Assembly (NCBI RefSeq): GCF_000284115.1
Contig: NC_017080.1
Coordinates: 1,860,001-1,892,000 of the forward strand
DNA from: Phycisphaera mikurensis NBRC 102666
Lineage (GTDB): Bacteria > Planctomycetota > Phycisphaerae > Phycisphaerales > Phycisphaeraceae
Direction: 5' to 3'
Length of the DNA: 32,000 bases
Part shown: positions 31,341 to 32,000 of the stretch, piece by piece
Layout: each line of letters opens with the position of its first letter
Position numbering within the stretch: the first letter of the stretch is position 1
Translations under genes and position numbers: made by a program
The notes under the pieces: generated by a model
The model's database searches: none
The model's input: the letters and a program-made list of their open reading frames with translations, nothing else
Told to the model about the DNA's origin: nothing

Positions 31341-32000
31341 ATGACCACCAACGCCCCCCGACACCGCACCCGCACCGCCGGCTTCACGCTCATCGAGCTC
31401 CTGGTGGTGATCTCGATCATCGCCCTCTTGATCGGCATCCTGCTGCCGGCGCTGGGCGCGGCCCGCGACGCGGCCCGCACGATGCAGTGCAGCACGAACG
31501 TGCGTTCGATGGTCCAGGGCTCGCTCTTCACCGCGGAGACGGAGAGCAACCGCATGCCCTTCCCGACCGCGACCGAGGTGGAGGCGGACAACCTCAGCCA
31601 CCTCTTCCCGGTGTACAGCGGCGGCCGCATGAATGCCAACGTCGCACCCCTGGGCAACACCTTCGAGGCCGCGGTGTGCCCGTCCACGGAGAACGTCCTG
31701 CACACGGATCCCGATGCGACCGGGCTCCCCGATCGCTCCGACGGAAGGGCGATTCCGATGACGGGCTTCAACGACTTCATCCCGGGCCGAAACCTGACCT
31801 ACGAGCCCTTCCGCGACCTGTACACGAACGCGGGGGACGGGGCCATCGACAACTCGGGCGGTCACAGCTACACGCTGCTCGCCTGGGCGATCACCGGCAA
31901 CTACAAGACGGGCCACGTGCCCGCGGGCACCAACGCCGTCAGCGCGTCGTACCACTACACCAACCCCACCAACCTCGCCACCGCGCTCGACGCCCGGCTG
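31341..32000 (+). CDS. prepilin-type N-terminal methylation domain protein, DUF1559 family (3' end outside window)
   Basis: Not in the ORF track because no stop is reached. I translated it by hand from ATG 31341: [57 protein letters not shown]... It stays open to the window end, with G/C-ending codons. Confidence 0.9.
   Translation, partial: MTTNAPRHRTRTAGFTLIELLVVISIIALLIGILLPALGAARDAARTMQCSTNVRSMVQGSLFTAETESNRMPFPTATEVEADNLSHLFPVYSGGRMNANVAPLGNTFEAAVCPSTENVLHTDPDATGLPDRSDGRAIPMTGFNDFIPGRNLTYEPFRDLYTNAGDGAIDNSGGHSYTLLAWAITGNYKTGHVPAGTNAVSASYHYTNPTNLATALDARL

Noticed and set aside
27672-31344. ORFs 27672..29348 -, 29345..30952 -, 29365..31344 +, 30423..31955 - and 31112..31780 -
   Set aside because: They are antisense to, or out of frame with, the YfcC-like, M14 and DUF1559 genes, which carry clear family motifs.
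1-32000. tRNA, rRNA, tmRNA, RNase P, SRP RNA or known riboswitch signatures
   Set aside because: I found no GGTTCGAATCC-type T-arm, no tmRNA or RNase P conserved blocks (for example GAGGAAAGUCC), and no riboswitch core motif I recognise. This is a by-eye search only, so a covariance-model scan could still find something.

Overview
High-GC chromosomal segment, roughly 70% or more by eye. The gene content looks like Planctomycetota, most like Phycisphaerae. This is an inference from three prepilin-type N-terminal methylation / DUF1559-H-X9-DG-like proteins, two PEP-CTERM proteins, and single biosynthetic genes scattered rather than grouped in operons. All family calls come from motif recognition in the translations. 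No BLAST or HMM search was possible.

I support 28 protein-coding genes:
- trpA (partial).
- A signal-anchored Ala-rich helical-repeat protein, translationally coupled to an atypical protein-kinase-like protein.
- trpC, pilT and pilB.
- A GH140/DUF4038-like hydrolase.
- A PEP-CTERM + DUF1559 pilin-like pair with a divergent AraC regulator.
- xth.
- Three membrane proteins: two DUF4203-like paralogues and an FtsB/DivIC-like coiled-coil protein.
- A coiled-coil OmpA-domain lipoprotein, hisH, a DUF89 protein and purB.
- An ECF sigma / anti-sigma pair.
- A second PEP-CTERM operon (PEP-CTERM, TM protein, pilin-like protein).
- A peptide-degradation cluster: M42-like peptidase, secreted cyanophycinase-like S51 peptidase, YfcC-family transporter, M14 carboxypeptidase.
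- A third DUF1559 gene, truncated by the window end.

I saw no rRNA, tRNA, CRISPR array, transposase or integrase. Most of the very long ORFs in the track are out-of-frame or antisense artefacts of the high GC content.

The most unusual signals are non-genic or organisational:
1. A composite palindromic element built from RAGAAGCG octamer arrays. It is present twice, in the pilB-pilT spacer and in the yfcC/M14 convergent gap, with a covarying 15-nt hairpin.
2. A perfect 27-bp inverted repeat enclosing four hairpins between the M42-like and cyanophycinase-like genes, with a half-copy elsewhere.
3. Recurrent PEP-CTERM -> pilin-like gene pairs sharing a leader motif. One has a long leader with a good promoter and a terminator-like hairpin.
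4. A candidate extracellular cyanophycin/peptide utilisation locus with a duplicated palindromic operator.
5. A helical-repeat/kinase-like two-gene module inserted between trpA and trpC.
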